Shown here: piece after piece, positions 29,679-40,010 of the stretch
Numbering within the stretch: position 1 is the first letter of the stretch
How the letters are laid out: every line of letters begins with the position of its first letter
Source: an uncultured Spirochaetota bacterium
Lineage (GTDB): Bacteria > Spirochaetota > Brevinematia > Brevinematales > JAOACQ01
Length of the DNA stretch: 64,000 bases
Direction of reading: 5' to 3'
NCBI GenBank assembly: GCA_963835575.1
Contig: CAWIGG010000006.1
Span: forward strand, 32,001-96,000
Translations under genes and position numbers: made by a program
The notes under the pieces: model-generated
What the model was told of the DNA's origin: nothing
What the model saw: only the letters and a program-made list of their open reading frames with translations
Database searches by the model: none

Positions 29679-30596
29679 TTACAATTGATATTCCTGGAAC
29701 CATGCGTTCTCAAAACCGAGGTCCTCAGCGAAGGTGAGAACCTCATCGTATTCCCTGCGGCTGATTTTCCGGTTCATTTCGGCGCAGAAGGAATCGCTGA
29801 TCCTGTGGGCCGGGAAATACTGGGCCATGATGGCGAGATGGACGCGGTTGGAGAGATTGTCATGGATCCATTGAAGAACCTGTTTTGAATTTTCCTTGTT
29901 ATCCGGCAGGACAAGATGGCGGATAATCATGCCTTTCTGCGCGATCCCGTTTTCATCTTCAATCAGAGCGTCACCGGTCTGAGCATACATTTCGAGAAGG
30001 GTAAGACTATTCTCTTCGAAATAATTTTCCGCGTTTGAATATTTTTTCGATATTTCCGGGCTGACATATTTGGCGTCCGGGAGATAAATATCGATAATCC
30101 CGTCCAGGTCTTTTATGACATCGGCCCTGTCGTAGCCGCCAGTATTGTATACAAGCGGGATGTTCAAGCCGTTTTCACAGGCTGTTTTAAGGGCCTCAGC
30201 GATCTGGTAGACATAGTGGCTGGGCGTGACAAAATTGATGTTATGCGCTTTTTTTTTCTGCAGAGTAAGCATCACTTCGGCAAGTCCCTCGATTGTCAGC
30301 TGCCTGTTTGATTCATGAAGCTGGCTGATGGGGAAGTTCTGGCAGTAGGCGCAGTTCATATTGCAGCCAGTGAAAAATATTGTACCGCTGCCGTGTGTTC
30401 CGGAAATCGGCGGCTCTTCGCCATGATGCAGATTGAAGCTTGAAATCCTAGGCTCGTAAGGCTCTTTACAGAGGCCGAAGTTAACATTCCTGTCAACGCC
30501 GCAGCGGCGGGGACAGAGGACGCATGATCCGCGGGCGCTTTTATACTTTTCAAGAAAATATTTTATTTTGCATTTTTTTTCTTTTAAATCTATCAT
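29679..30596 (-). CDS. Radical SAM protein, PflX-like
   Basis: CVLCPRRC, HHGEEPPISG..GSGTIFF.GCNMNCAYCQN, RHLVLP. Confidence 0.9.
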   Translation of the reverse strand: MIDLKEKKCKIKYFLEKYKSARGSCVLCPRRCGVDRNVNFGLCKEPYEPRISSFNLHHGEEPPISGTHGSGTIFFTGCNMNCAYCQNFPISQLHESNRQLTIEGLAEVMLTLQKKKAHNINFVTPSHYVYQIAEALKTACENGLNIPLVYNTGGYDRADVIKDLDGIIDIYLPDAKYVSPEISKKYSNAENYFEENSLTLLEMYAQTGDALIEDENGIAQKGMIIRHLVLPDNKENSKQVLQWIHDNLSNRVHLAIMAQYFPAHRISDSFCAEMNRKISRREYDEVLTFAEDLGFENAWFQEYQL

Positions 30597-30789
30597 CTCT
30601 TTGCACTTTATTTTTATTTTAGATTATAACGGATTGTCTGTAATAATTCAAAGATACGGATGTTGACCGTATCTGGAATTCAGGATTTTAATATTTATTT
30701 GACGATTTTTTATTTGACGATTTTTAGCATTATGCTTAATATATTAAAAAAGAAAATAAGACGTGAAAGTCCGCGTGTTAAGGGTTTTT

Positions 30790-31500
30790 ATGACTAACAT
30801 TCTAAAAATGAAAAATCTGACGCGATTTGACAAAAGGATTTTATCGGCCGCCCGGAAGGAATTTGAAATAAATGGATATTATAAAGCCAATATTGACCAT
30901 ATTGCCGGGGCTCTTGAGATCGGAAAAGGGACAATTTACAGGCATTTTAAAAGCAAAATGATGCTCTTTGCCTATGTCATCATCAATATTTTTCTTGAGG
31001 CCGGGAAAGCAATCAACAGGCTCCTTCCCGATTCTTTATTTGAAACCAGGTTCGAAAGTTTTATCGATCAGGCGGTTCATTTAAACTCCTATGCCGGAAA
31101 ATGCCTGCGGGTTTTTCTTGAAGAACAGGCAGGCAATATGGAAAAAGTTTATCACGACCCGGGACTTCGGAAGATATACGGTTTTGTCGTAAAAGAATGG
31201 GATTATTTTGTTTTTTTATTGAAAGATATCATCGAACAGGGGAAAAATGAGGGAAAATTACAGCCGGATATCGACGCGGGAATGGCCGCGGCAATGACAA
31301 TCACAACAATCTATTATAATCAGCAGAGCTTTTTTTCCATGGCGGGTTCAGGTAAAAAGCCGGGAATTGAAAAACCGTTTATGGAAAAAGCCTCAATGGA
31401 GCTTAAAAAATATATTTACAGAGCGCTGGGATATCAAAATAGTAATAGTATTCAATATTTCCGGAACATGGAAAAAGCAATAATTATCAAAGGAGATTAA
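30790..31500 (+). CDS. TetR/AcrR-family regulator
   Basis: IA..L.IGKGTIYRHFKSK HTH; heads the efflux operon. Confidence 0.88.
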   Translation: MTNILKMKNLTRFDKRILSAARKEFEINGYYKANIDHIAGALEIGKGTIYRHFKSKMMLFAYVIINIFLEAGKAINRLLPDSLFETRFESFIDQAVHLNSYAGKCLRVFLEEQAGNMEKVYHDPGLRKIYGFVVKEWDYFVFLLKDIIEQGKNEGKLQPDIDAGMAAAMTITTIYYNQQSFFSMAGSGKKPGIEKPFMEKASMELKKYIYRALGYQNSNSIQYFRNMEKAIIIKGD

Positions 31501-31501
31501 G

Positions 31502-32866
31502 ATGATCTATAAATTTTTAATTCCATTAATATTCTTGAGCGTATTCGCGTATGCGGGCGATATTCAGACCATTACCTTATCCAATGCGCTTTATCTGGCC
31601 TTTAACAACAACCTTGATCTGAAACAGGCCGGTAAAGACCTGACTATCGCGCAGGCCCAATATGATGAAACATTCGCCGATTTCGCCCTTCCCGGAATAA
31701 CCCTGGGCGGGAACGCAACACTGCTGGACCCCCTGACGGTTTCTAACGGCATTGTCACAGCGCCGAATTCGTATATGTTCATTTCGCCGTCCACAATCGT
31801 ACCGAAAGGCTTTTCTACGATTTCAAACGTTTTTCCCGACAATTACTCTGCCGGCGTCACGGTCAGCAAGGTCCTGTTTACCGGGTTCAGATTGTGGAAC
31901 CTGATGGAAATAAAAAAAATGAACCTGGATCTGGCCAAAAGAAAATATGAGGATCAGAAAAAAGAAACGGTTTATGAAACCTCCGGTTCTTTTTACAATC
32001 TTGCCGTATTGAGAGAAATCACTAAATTAAGCGAGGACCTGGACAAACAGCTCTCCAATCAGCTCGCCACGGTGATCATTAATTACAGGAACGGACTGGC
32101 TTCGGAGTATGACAGGATCAGCGCGGAAGTACAGTATAAAAACAACCTCCCGAAAATACTGCAGGCAAGGGACGCCTACACCCAGGCGAAAATAGCGCTT
32201 TGCAATTCAATAGGCGTTAATGACTATAACACGGTTGAATTTCTCGGCGATCTGATGGATTATACCAATGTGGTACTGACAAATACAAGCGAGTCCAATA
32301 TAATGGAAGCGGCCGCGTCGAACAGTTATAATCTGCTCAGCCTGGATTATGCCGTCAAAACACTGGAACTGACCAAGAAGGTCAATGAGGGGAATTATTA
32401 CCCGACAGTTTCCGCGGCCTTCAGTTTTCAGGAAAGCTATAAAAGGGATTTTACCGAAACCGACAGAAACTGGTGGCCCAACTGGTCGGCCGCTTTGCAG
32501 CTGACTTATGCCCTGGACAGCTTTATTCCCATTTCCAGAACGGCAAAGACAAGCCGGGAATTCCAGGAAACAATTGATAAGACCCGATTTAACCGGCAGA
32601 ATTATCTGGACAGCCTCCGGCTTCAAATTAAATCGCTTTTACTATTATTGGACCAGTCCAGGCAGAATATTGTCAGCCAAGAGGACGGTCTGAAGGAAGC
32701 GAAGCTCGGTTTGAAGATAGCCAATGATCAATACAGGGTGGGCCAGGCTTCCACGCTGGACCTTACGGATGCGGAAACGGCCTACACCCAGGCCATGGAA
32801 AATTATCTCCAGGCTGTTTATACATATTTTTCAAGTATTCTGCAGATAAAACGCCTGACCGAATAA
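31502..32866 (+). CDS. TolC-family outer membrane efflux protein
   Basis: Signal peptide; two OEP repeats (Y.NG..S, Y.VG.AS.LDL.DA). Confidence 0.9.
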   Translation: MIYKFLIPLIFLSVFAYAGDIQTITLSNALYLAFNNNLDLKQAGKDLTIAQAQYDETFADFALPGITLGGNATLLDPLTVSNGIVTAPNSYMFISPSTIVPKGFSTISNVFPDNYSAGVTVSKVLFTGFRLWNLMEIKKMNLDLAKRKYEDQKKETVYETSGSFYNLAVLREITKLSEDLDKQLSNQLATVIINYRNGLASEYDRISAEVQYKNNLPKILQARDAYTQAKIALCNSIGVNDYNTVEFLGDLMDYTNVVLTNTSESNIMEAAASNSYNLLSLDYAVKTLELTKKVNEGNYYPTVSAAFSFQESYKRDFTETDRNWWPNWSAALQLTYALDSFIPISRTAKTSREFQETIDKTRFNRQNYLDSLRLQIKSLLLLLDQSRQNIVSQEDGLKEAKLGLKIANDQYRVGQASTLDLTDAETAYTQAMENYLQAVYTYFSSILQIKRLTE

Positions 32867-32896
32867 ATATAAAAATAACGAAGAAGGTGTAAATAT

Positions 32897-33919
32897 ATGG
32901 TAAAGGGAAAAAATAAGTCAAAGAGAAACCTCATTATTTTACTTATTGTTATCGGCGCGCTGGTTTTCGGCGTGACGGTCTTCAGGATCGTGACAAGGAT
33001 CATTGAAAACAGCAGAAAACCTGCTCCGCTGGCGTTCAGCGTCGGTTCCCAGATCCTGAAGAAACAGTGGGTGGACGAGGCCCTGACGCTGGAAGGGCTG
33101 GTCGAAGGCGACCCGCAGGTCTTTATCTACTCACAGGTCAGCGGGAAATTCCAGTATAACACGGTCATGGAAGGGGCGCTGGTCTATAAAGACCAGGCGA
33201 TATCCTACATCGACCGCGATATCGTGGGGCAGACATTTGAGCTCGCGCCGGTCCGGTCATCCATTAACGGCATAGTGGCCAAATTGTTTTTTATCGACAG
33301 GGGAGAGCCGGTCACGACGGAAAAGCCTGTCGCCGAAGTGGCCAATCCGAACAGCATCAAAATAGTCCTGAGCCTGGGGATCGACGACCTGATGAAGGTA
33401 AAAAAGGGAATGACAACAAGGATCTATTATGAAAAGGACACGAACTTGAATCTGGATGGAACGGTTTATTCCGTTCCCCCGTATATCGAGAGCGATATCC
33501 TTTCGGGAAACGTAACGGTTAAGGCGGTCAACAAGAATATGACCCTTAAAGTGGGAATGACCGTTGGGGTGGACATCCGCACCGGAAAGGTTTTTTCCTT
33601 TGTCGTGCCGGAGCAGTCCGTCATCACTTCGCTGGATGAAATATATGTCTTTGTTAATAATCATGGGATCGCCAGGCAGGTAAATGTAAACCGCGGTTAC
33701 TCCTGGAACGGCCAGGTGGAAGTCCAGGGCGATCTCAATGAGGGCGATGAAATTATTACAGAAGGGGCGTTCAAACTCAGCGACGGGGACAGGATAAAAA
33801 CCTCTACCCAGCAAAATGGTAGCCAGCAGCCGTCCGTATATAGCCAGCAGTCGTCAGTCACAAACGGCGCGGCGGGCTTGACGAACCGTCATCAGTCCGG
33901 AAAAATGAAAGCGCAATAA
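32897..33919 (+). CDS. RND efflux periplasmic adaptor subunit
   Basis: N-terminal TM, lipoyl-like segments, LKVGM, L..GDEII.EG. Confidence 0.88.
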   Translation: MVKGKNKSKRNLIILLIVIGALVFGVTVFRIVTRIIENSRKPAPLAFSVGSQILKKQWVDEALTLEGLVEGDPQVFIYSQVSGKFQYNTVMEGALVYKDQAISYIDRDIVGQTFELAPVRSSINGIVAKLFFIDRGEPVTTEKPVAEVANPNSIKIVLSLGIDDLMKVKKGMTTRIYYEKDTNLNLDGTVYSVPPYIESDILSGNVTVKAVNKNMTLKVGMTVGVDIRTGKVFSFVVPEQSVITSLDEIYVFVNNHGIARQVNVNRGYSWNGQVEVQGDLNEGDEIITEGAFKLSDGDRIKTSTQQNGSQQPSVYSQQSSVTNGAAGLTNRHQSGKMKAQ

Positions 33920-34001
33920 GCTGAGGACTTTTGAATTCTGACTAAAGACGCACGACTGAGCTGCTTCTTTCTGAATTAATTCTCTAAGAAGGAGGAATAT
34001 T

Positions 34002-37000
34002 ATGAGTATAGCAGGCATTGCAATAAAAAGGCCCGTTTTTACCGTGATGATCGTGTTGTCCATCATCACGATCGGGATCGTCGGCTACCTCCGTCTGCCG
34101 GTAGACCTGCTCCCGAATATCGATTTTCCGGTTATCTATGTTGTGACGCAATATCCCGGGGCCTCTTCGGACCAGGTTGAACAGCTTATCACGAAACCTT
34201 TGGAGAATACGCTGGCCGGCGTCGAGGACCTGGACACCCTGGCTTCCATTTCAAGGGAAGGTTCTTCATTGGTGCTGGTCACATTCACTTCATCGGCGGA
34301 CATCAAATTCGCGGAACTGGAAGTCAGGGAAAAAGTGGGGCTGGCCATGAGCACCCTGCCCACGGCCGTGGCCCTGGCCATATCCCAGCCGGTCATAAAC
34401 CGGGCATCCACGGAAGATACACCGATCATTTTCATGTCCATCAACGGCAATAAATCCATGGCGGACCTTCAGGAAATTTTCGAGAATATCGTCCAGCCGA
34501 GGATCCAGGCCGTGGACGGCGTGGGCGAGGTTGACGTTCTTTCATCCCGGCACAAGGTGATCAACCTGACGGTGGATAAAGGCCTTCTGGCGGCAAGCGG
34601 CTTGACTTACAACCAGGTAGTAAATGCATTGTCCCAGAGAAATATTACTTTCCCGGCCGGCGAGATTTATGAATCGGACAAATGGATCAATGTCCGCGTG
34701 CTGGGCCTGGCCCAGAATGTCAAGGAGATGGGCGACATCGCGATGACAACCTCCACCGGCAGGATCATTCATATTAAAGACATCGCGAAAGTCGAAGTAA
34801 AACTGCAAGATGAGGTAACCAAGGCAAAGGTAAACGGCGAGGCCGCATGTATGTTCGCAGTTTATAAGCAAAGCGGAGGAAATACTATCGGCGTTTCGGA
34901 TAATTTGAAAAAGGCATTGCCGGGTATTGTAAAAACTTTACCCAAGGGCATTTCGCTTCACACGGTCAGCGATTCTTCGAAATTCATCATGAGAAGCATC
35001 AACGGCGTTACGCAGGACATCCTTCTCGGGGCCCTGCTCGCGGTCATCATCGTCTGGCTTTTCCTGGGGAATTTTCGTTCCACCATCATTACGGCTATCG
35101 CGCTCCCGAACTCGATCCTGGGGGCTTTTTTCCTTGTATATCTGGCCGGTTTTACATTGAATACGATGACGCTTCTTTCCCTCCAGCTTGCTGTGGGCCT
35201 CTTGATTGACGACTCGATCGTCGTGCGTGAAAATATATTCCGGCATATCGAAATGGGTGAAAAGCCGAAAATCGCCGCGGAAAAAGGGACGAATGAAGTG
35301 GGAATGGCCGTTTTATCGACAACCCTTTCGATCCTGGCGGTTTTCATCCCGATCTCATTTCTCTCCGGGGTAACTGGGCAGTTCTTCCGCGAATTCGGGC
35401 TGACTGTCGCATTTGCCCTAATCGTGTCGCTGATCGACGCTTTCACCTCCGCGCCGATGCTTTCAGCGTACTGGTTCAAAGCAGTGGACAAAACAAAAGC
35501 GAAAGGATTGGCCAGGGTTTTCAACAACCTTTCCGGCGGGTGGAACAGGTTCTATAACTGGCTGAACGGGACTTACCAGGATATTCTCCGCTGGAGCCTG
35601 AACCATAAGTCCATCATCCTTTTCGCTGTCATTGTGCTGATGGCTTTCAGCATTTACAGCGCGCAATATATCGGCCAGAACTTCATGACCTCGACGGACA
35701 GCGGCTCATTCTCGGTTTATCTGGAAACCTATCCGGGAGCGCCCTTGGACAAGATCGATTCCTTTGTCAAGGATGTGGAAACCTTTCTGGTAAAACAGCC
35801 CGCGATTGAGACTTTTTACAGCCAGGTCGGCGCAAACGGCCAGAGCCAGATTTCCTCCATATTCGTGGATATGAAAGACCTGAAGCATAGAAAAATAAGC
35901 ACGGAAGCCCTTATGGCGAATGTTAGGAATTATATCAGGGGCAAGTTCGATAAGGACCTCAGATACAGGATCACGCAATCCAGCTTTTACGGCAGCGGCG
36001 GCGGAGGCGGGAATGGCGGCAGTACGTCGCCCATATACCTGAACATCACCGGCCCGGATCTGGCAACTCTGGGGGACCTGTCCCAGACGATATTCCGGAT
36101 CGTTTCGGAAACACCGGGCGCCGTCGATGTGGCGAGCACATTCAAACCGGGCGCGCCTGAGTATGTTGTCCAGGTGGACAATATCAAAGCCGAGCAGATG
36201 GGAATTTCAGCCCAATCGCTTGGATTAATACTGAGGGACCTGATAGCGGGTAACACTATTTCCGAATTTACATTCGGCGACAGGGATTACGATATCATCA
36301 TCCGGATGGCGGCATCGGAAAGAAAAACGGTAAGCAATATAAGAAACATTATGATACCGACAAGGTCCGGTCAGAAAGTACCGCTTTCAGCCATAGCGAA
36401 TTTCACCTATTCTTCCGCGCCGCTTCTTATTCTCCGCGAAAACAAACAGCGCATAGTGAGGATTTTCGGGAACCTGGCGCAGGGATATTCGCTTTCCGAG
36501 ATGATAACCAGTATTACAAAAAGCATCGACAAATCCGTGGCTTTTCCTCCCGGCTACAGTTATTACTTCGCCGGCCAGCAGAAGCAGTACAGGGAGCTGG
36601 TCCCGCAAATGATCCTGGCGATGCTTCTGGCAATAGTATTCATGTACATGATTCTGGCATCTCTCTACAATTCATTCATCCAGCCTCTGATCATCATGCT
36701 GTCGATACCGCTGGCCATTATCGGGGCCTTCCTGGCGCTTCTCATCACGCATATCGACCTTGATATTTACGGCTATATCGGGCTCCTGCTGGTGCTCGGA
36801 CTCGTGGCCAAGAACGCGATCCTGCTGATAGACTTTACCAATAAGCAGAGAGAGCGGGGGCTTTCCATCCGGGAAGCGCTGCTCCATGCCGGCCCCATCA
36901 GGCTCCGCCCGATCATTATGACAACCTTTGCGCTGATCTTCGGCATGCTGCCGATGGCGCTGGGACTGAACGAAGGCTCGCGCGGAAGACAGGCCCTCCC

Positions 37001-37127
37001 GGTCGGAGTGATCGGCGGGCTTTTGACCTCGACATTCCTCACGCTTGTTGTTGTCCCTGTTGTCTATGAATGGGTTGAGTCCTGGCTTGAAAGAAGACGT
37101 AAAAGAAAACCAGCCGATGCTGATTGA
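34002..37127 (+). CDS. RND efflux permease (AcrB/AcrD/AcrF family)
   Basis: IKRPV, GLLIDDSIVVREN, KNAILL, RLRPIIMT. Confidence 0.95.
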   Translation: MSIAGIAIKRPVFTVMIVLSIITIGIVGYLRLPVDLLPNIDFPVIYVVTQYPGASSDQVEQLITKPLENTLAGVEDLDTLASISREGSSLVLVTFTSSADIKFAELEVREKVGLAMSTLPTAVALAISQPVINRASTEDTPIIFMSINGNKSMADLQEIFENIVQPRIQAVDGVGEVDVLSSRHKVINLTVDKGLLAASGLTYNQVVNALSQRNITFPAGEIYESDKWINVRVLGLAQNVKEMGDIAMTTSTGRIIHIKDIAKVEVKLQDEVTKAKVNGEAACMFAVYKQSGGNTIGVSDNLKKALPGIVKTLPKGISLHTVSDSSKFIMRSINGVTQDILLGALLAVIIVWLFLGNFRSTIITAIALPNSILGAFFLVYLAGFTLNTMTLLSLQLAVGLLIDDSIVVRENIFRHIEMGEKPKIAAEKGTNEVGMAVLSTTLSILAVFIPISFLSGVTGQFFREFGLTVAFALIVSLIDAFTSAPMLSAYWFKAVDKTKAKGLARVFNNLSGGWNRFYNWLNGTYQDILRWSLNHKSIILFAVIVLMAFSIYSAQYIGQNFMTSTDSGSFSVYLETYPGAPLDKIDSFVKDVETFLVKQPAIETFYSQVGANGQSQISSIFVDMKDLKHRKISTEALMANVRNYIRGKFDKDLRYRITQSSFYGSGGGGGNGGSTSPIYLNITGPDLATLGDLSQTIFRIVSETPGAVDVASTFKPGAPEYVVQVDNIKAEQMGISAQSLGLILRDLIAGNTISEFTFGDRDYDIIIRMAASERKTVSNIRNIMIPTRSGQKVPLSAIANFTYSSAPLLILRENKQRIVRIFGNLAQGYSLSEMITSITKSIDKSVAFPPGYSYYFAGQQKQYRELVPQMILAMLLAIVFMYMILASLYNSFIQPLIIMLSIPLAIIGAFLALLITHIDLDIYGYIGLLLVLGLVAKNAILLIDFTNKQRERGLSIREALLHAGPIRLRPIIMTTFALIFGMLPMALGLNEGSRGRQALPVGVIGGLLTSTFLTLVVVPVVYEWVESWLERRRKRKPADAD

Positions 37128-37138
37128 AAATAAATTTT

Positions 37139-37170
37139 ATTCAGCCGGCCCTGATCAGGGCCGGCTGAAT
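37139..37170. terminator. Perfect 32-bp palindrome after the RND operon
   Basis: ATTCAGCCGGCCCTGATCAGGGCCGGCTGAAT followed by a T tract. Confidence 0.7.
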
Positions 37171-37257
37171 TTTTATATATCTTATTTGAACGCAAGTGTT
37201 AAATAATATAAAAAAAGGCTGTCCCGGAAATCTCCGGAACAGCCGTCTCTTATATGT

Positions 37258-38148
37258 TTATTCAGATCTTTTCTCTTTCTTTAACGGAAGAACACCAGCC
37301 AGTTCTCCGAGAACATTGACGAGGTCGGAGCCTGTCGGGACGACAATCTTCGCGTTATCCTTGAGAGAATCTTCAACCATCTGGATCCTCCGGAGAATTT
37401 GAGCGTTGCCGACAAAGTATTTGTTCGCGGCCTCGTTCACCAGCTTGATGGCCTGTGATTCGCCTTCGGCTTTGAGTATATTTGCCTGCCTGATACCCTC
37501 GGCTTTTTTGATCTCGGCCCTTTTCTGTCCGTCGGCCGCCGTTTCCGTCGCCGTCGCGAAGTCGATGGCCGCAATCTTCTCGTTCTCGGCCTTGACGACC
37601 TTGTTCATTGTTTCCTGCACGTCCTTCGGCGGGTCGATCTCCTTTAATTCCGTTCTTACAACATCAAGTCCCCAGCTTTTTGTCTCATCCAGAAGGGTTT
37701 TCAGAAGATCGGAGTTGATCCTGCTTCTTTCGCTGTTGGCCGATTTAAGAGTCATAGTACCGATAATGTTTCTAAGCGTTGTCCTGGCCAGATTGACAAT
37801 CTGCAATTGATAATTGAATACATTATACTGGCATCTTTTTACGCTGTCCTCATCGAACCTGACTTTGAAATACACCTGGGCGTCAACCCGGGCGTTTAAG
37901 TTGTCATTTGTAATAATTTCCTGGGGTTCGGCGTTCACCATCTGCTCGGTAATATTGATTAGGTACATTTTTTCAATACTTGGTATGATCCAGTGAAAGC
38001 CCGGCTGAGCGAAACGGACGTATTTTCCGAAGCGTTCGATCAGTCCGCGGTGGGTCGGGCGGACGATCCTGATCCCGGAAAAGAAGAGTATGACGACTAT
38101 AATACTGCCGGTGGTAATAAGCCACCCGTAATTAGCTAACAGATACAT
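37258..38148 (-). CDS. SPFH/band 7 (stomatin-like) protein
   Basis: ERFGKY, PG.H.IIP, Q.IIT.DN, TTLRNIIG, WG..V.R.E. Confidence 0.92.
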   Translation of the reverse strand: MYLLANYGWLITTGSIIVVILFFSGIRIVRPTHRGLIERFGKYVRFAQPGFHWIIPSIEKMYLINITEQMVNAEPQEIITNDNLNARVDAQVYFKVRFDEDSVKRCQYNVFNYQLQIVNLARTTLRNIIGTMTLKSANSERSRINSDLLKTLLDETKSWGLDVVRTELKEIDPPKDVQETMNKVVKAENEKIAAIDFATATETAADGQKRAEIKKAEGIRQANILKAEGESQAIKLVNEAANKYFVGNAQILRRIQMVEDSLKDNAKIVVPTGSDLVNVLGELAGVLPLKKEKRSE

Positions 38149-38178
38149 AATTTTCCTCCTTGTTTTTCATTGATAATT

Positions 38179-38265
38179 AAAGCTTAAAGCGTAAAGCTAA
38201 AAGCTGAAAGCGGTAATGAATTGAGATGAATTTAAAACAGATTTATGCTTTCAGCTTTTTGCTGA
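38179..38265. repeat. Inverted heptamer arrays (AAAGCNN)5 ... (NNGCTTT)2-3
   Basis: AAAGCTT AAAGCGT AAAGCTA AAAGCTG AAAGCGG ... ATGCTTT CAGCTTT TTGCTGA. Confidence 0.75.
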
Positions 38266-39264
38266 TTATAAAGACTGCGCCACAGTAATGGCAGAAACGA
38301 TCATAATGTCTTCCGGCGTCGCTCCCCTGGAAAGGTCGTTCACCGGTTTAGACAGGCCCTGGATCAGCGGGCCGTAAGCCTCGGCCCTGGAAAGCCGCTG
38401 GGTGATTTTATAGCCGATGTTCCCGCAATTGAGGTCGGGAAAGATCATGACATTGGCCTTTCCGGCGGCTTTTGAAAGAGGCGCCTTGAGCTTTGCCACT
38501 GTCGGGTCAACGGCGGCGTCAAACTGCATTTCTCCGTCAAAGAGAAAATCGACATTCCTGGTTTTTAAGATCTCCACAGCGCTGCGCACTTTCAGTACCG
38601 AAGGCGAATCGGCGCTTCCGAGCGTGGAAAATGAGAGCAGGGCGGCGACAGGTTCGATATTGAGAAGTTTGCGGCAGGTCTCGGCGGAAGAGATGGCGAT
38701 ATCCGCCAGCTGTTCGCTCGTCGGTTCCGGTACTATTCCGCTGTCGGCGTATATAAAAGCGCCGTCGCTGCCGTAGGGGCAATCAGGAACGATCATAACA
38801 AAACTGCCGGAGACTGTCTTAATGCCTTCTTTCGGTTTAACAATGATAAGCGACGCCCTGACGGTTTTTGCGGTCGGCGTCAGGCTTCCGGAAACCACGG
38901 CATCAACCTCTCCGGTATGAAGCATCATGGCCCCATGATAAACGACATCCTTCATCAGATTGACCGCTTCTTCCTCTGTCATGCCTTTGGCTTTCCGCGA
39001 TTCAAAAAGATTATGTGTAAAATCATTTAATTGAGGGGAATTTTCCGGGTCCAACAATGTAACGCCTTTAAGCGATATGCCTTCTTTCCTCGCGGTGATT
39101 TCCATTTCAGAAGGCTTTCCCAGCACAAAAAGCTCTGTTGTAAACTTCTCTTTAATGATCATTTCCGCGGCTTTGAGGACCCGCCGGTCTTCGCCTTCAG
39201 GCAGGACAAGCCTGCGTGGTGACGCTTTTACAATATCCAGTATTTTTTTCTTGAAGTCGTACAT
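38266..39264 (-). CDS. pta: Phosphate acetyltransferase
   Basis: VLPEGED.R, LLSFST.GS, DGEMQFDAA, FPDLNCGNIGYK, NDLSRG. Confidence 0.96.
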   Translation of the reverse strand: MYDFKKKILDIVKASPRRLVLPEGEDRRVLKAAEMIIKEKFTTELFVLGKPSEMEITARKEGISLKGVTLLDPENSPQLNDFTHNLFESRKAKGMTEEEAVNLMKDVVYHGAMMLHTGEVDAVVSGSLTPTAKTVRASLIIVKPKEGIKTVSGSFVMIVPDCPYGSDGAFIYADSGIVPEPTSEQLADIAISSAETCRKLLNIEPVAALLSFSTLGSADSPSVLKVRSAVEILKTRNVDFLFDGEMQFDAAVDPTVAKLKAPLSKAAGKANVMIFPDLNCGNIGYKITQRLSRAEAYGPLIQGLSKPVNDLSRGATPEDIMIVSAITVAQSL

Positions 39265-39295
39265 AATAAGCCCCTTTTCTATTCCGATTCAGCGT

Positions 39296-39832
39296 TCATT
39301 TTTTTGAGAATTTCTGCTTTAATTTTTGAAGAACAAAAGGATGGACTTTTTGTGAGATATCCCCGCCCAATTTCGCGACTTCTTTGACCATGGAAGAACT
39401 GGTAAAAAGATTTTCATCGCTTGCCATAAAAAACATCGTTTCAGCGGATTTGTTCAGTGAAGAATTCAGCGAAGCAAGCTGAAGCTCATATTCAAAGTCG
39501 GAGATGGCGCGCAGGCCCCTGACTATGGCAACCGCGTTTTCATTTGCCGCGAAGCCGACAAGAAGTCCGGAAAATTTCTTTACAATAATATTTTTTTCGC
39601 CGTCAAACATGGCTTGAAGCATTTCGAGCCTTTCATCAACTGAAAAGAGAGATTCCTTGGCGTCATTTTCCGTTACGCCGATGATCAATTCATCGAAAAT
39701 GCGGGATGCCCTTTTAGCGATATCGCTGTGACCGTTTGTCGGCGGATCGAATGTGCCCGGATAGACGGCCCTCTTGAAATCTTTTAAAAAATCGATTTTG
39801 CCTGCGGAAGGTTTACTTTCATTCTTTTCCAT
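39296..39832 (-). CDS. coaD: Phosphopantetheine adenylyltransferase
   Basis: YPGTFDPPTNGH, RGLRAISDFEYE, SSSMVKE. Confidence 0.96.
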   Translation of the reverse strand: MEKNESKPSAGKIDFLKDFKRAVYPGTFDPPTNGHSDIAKRASRIFDELIIGVTENDAKESLFSVDERLEMLQAMFDGEKNIIVKKFSGLLVGFAANENAVAIVRGLRAISDFEYELQLASLNSSLNKSAETMFFMASDENLFTSSSMVKEVAKLGGDISQKVHPFVLQKLKQKFSKK

Positions 39833-40010
39833 ATATGAAGTCCTGTAAGGATATTTTAGCATACCGGGGGAAAAAAGGAAAGATTTAGGGGGAACCGTTC
39901 TGATAATGAAAAAGGTATTGAAATTAGCATAAATATGATGTATTATTTTTAAGGTTTAATGATGATTTTATGCGGGGGAGTTTATGTTTATTAGAAATAT
40001 GGTTCTTATA

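Noticed and set aside
30695..30725. 15-bp tandem duplication (TTATTTGACGATTTT) upstream of tetR
   Set aside because: Only two copies in low-complexity DNA; cannot distinguish an operator from slippage.
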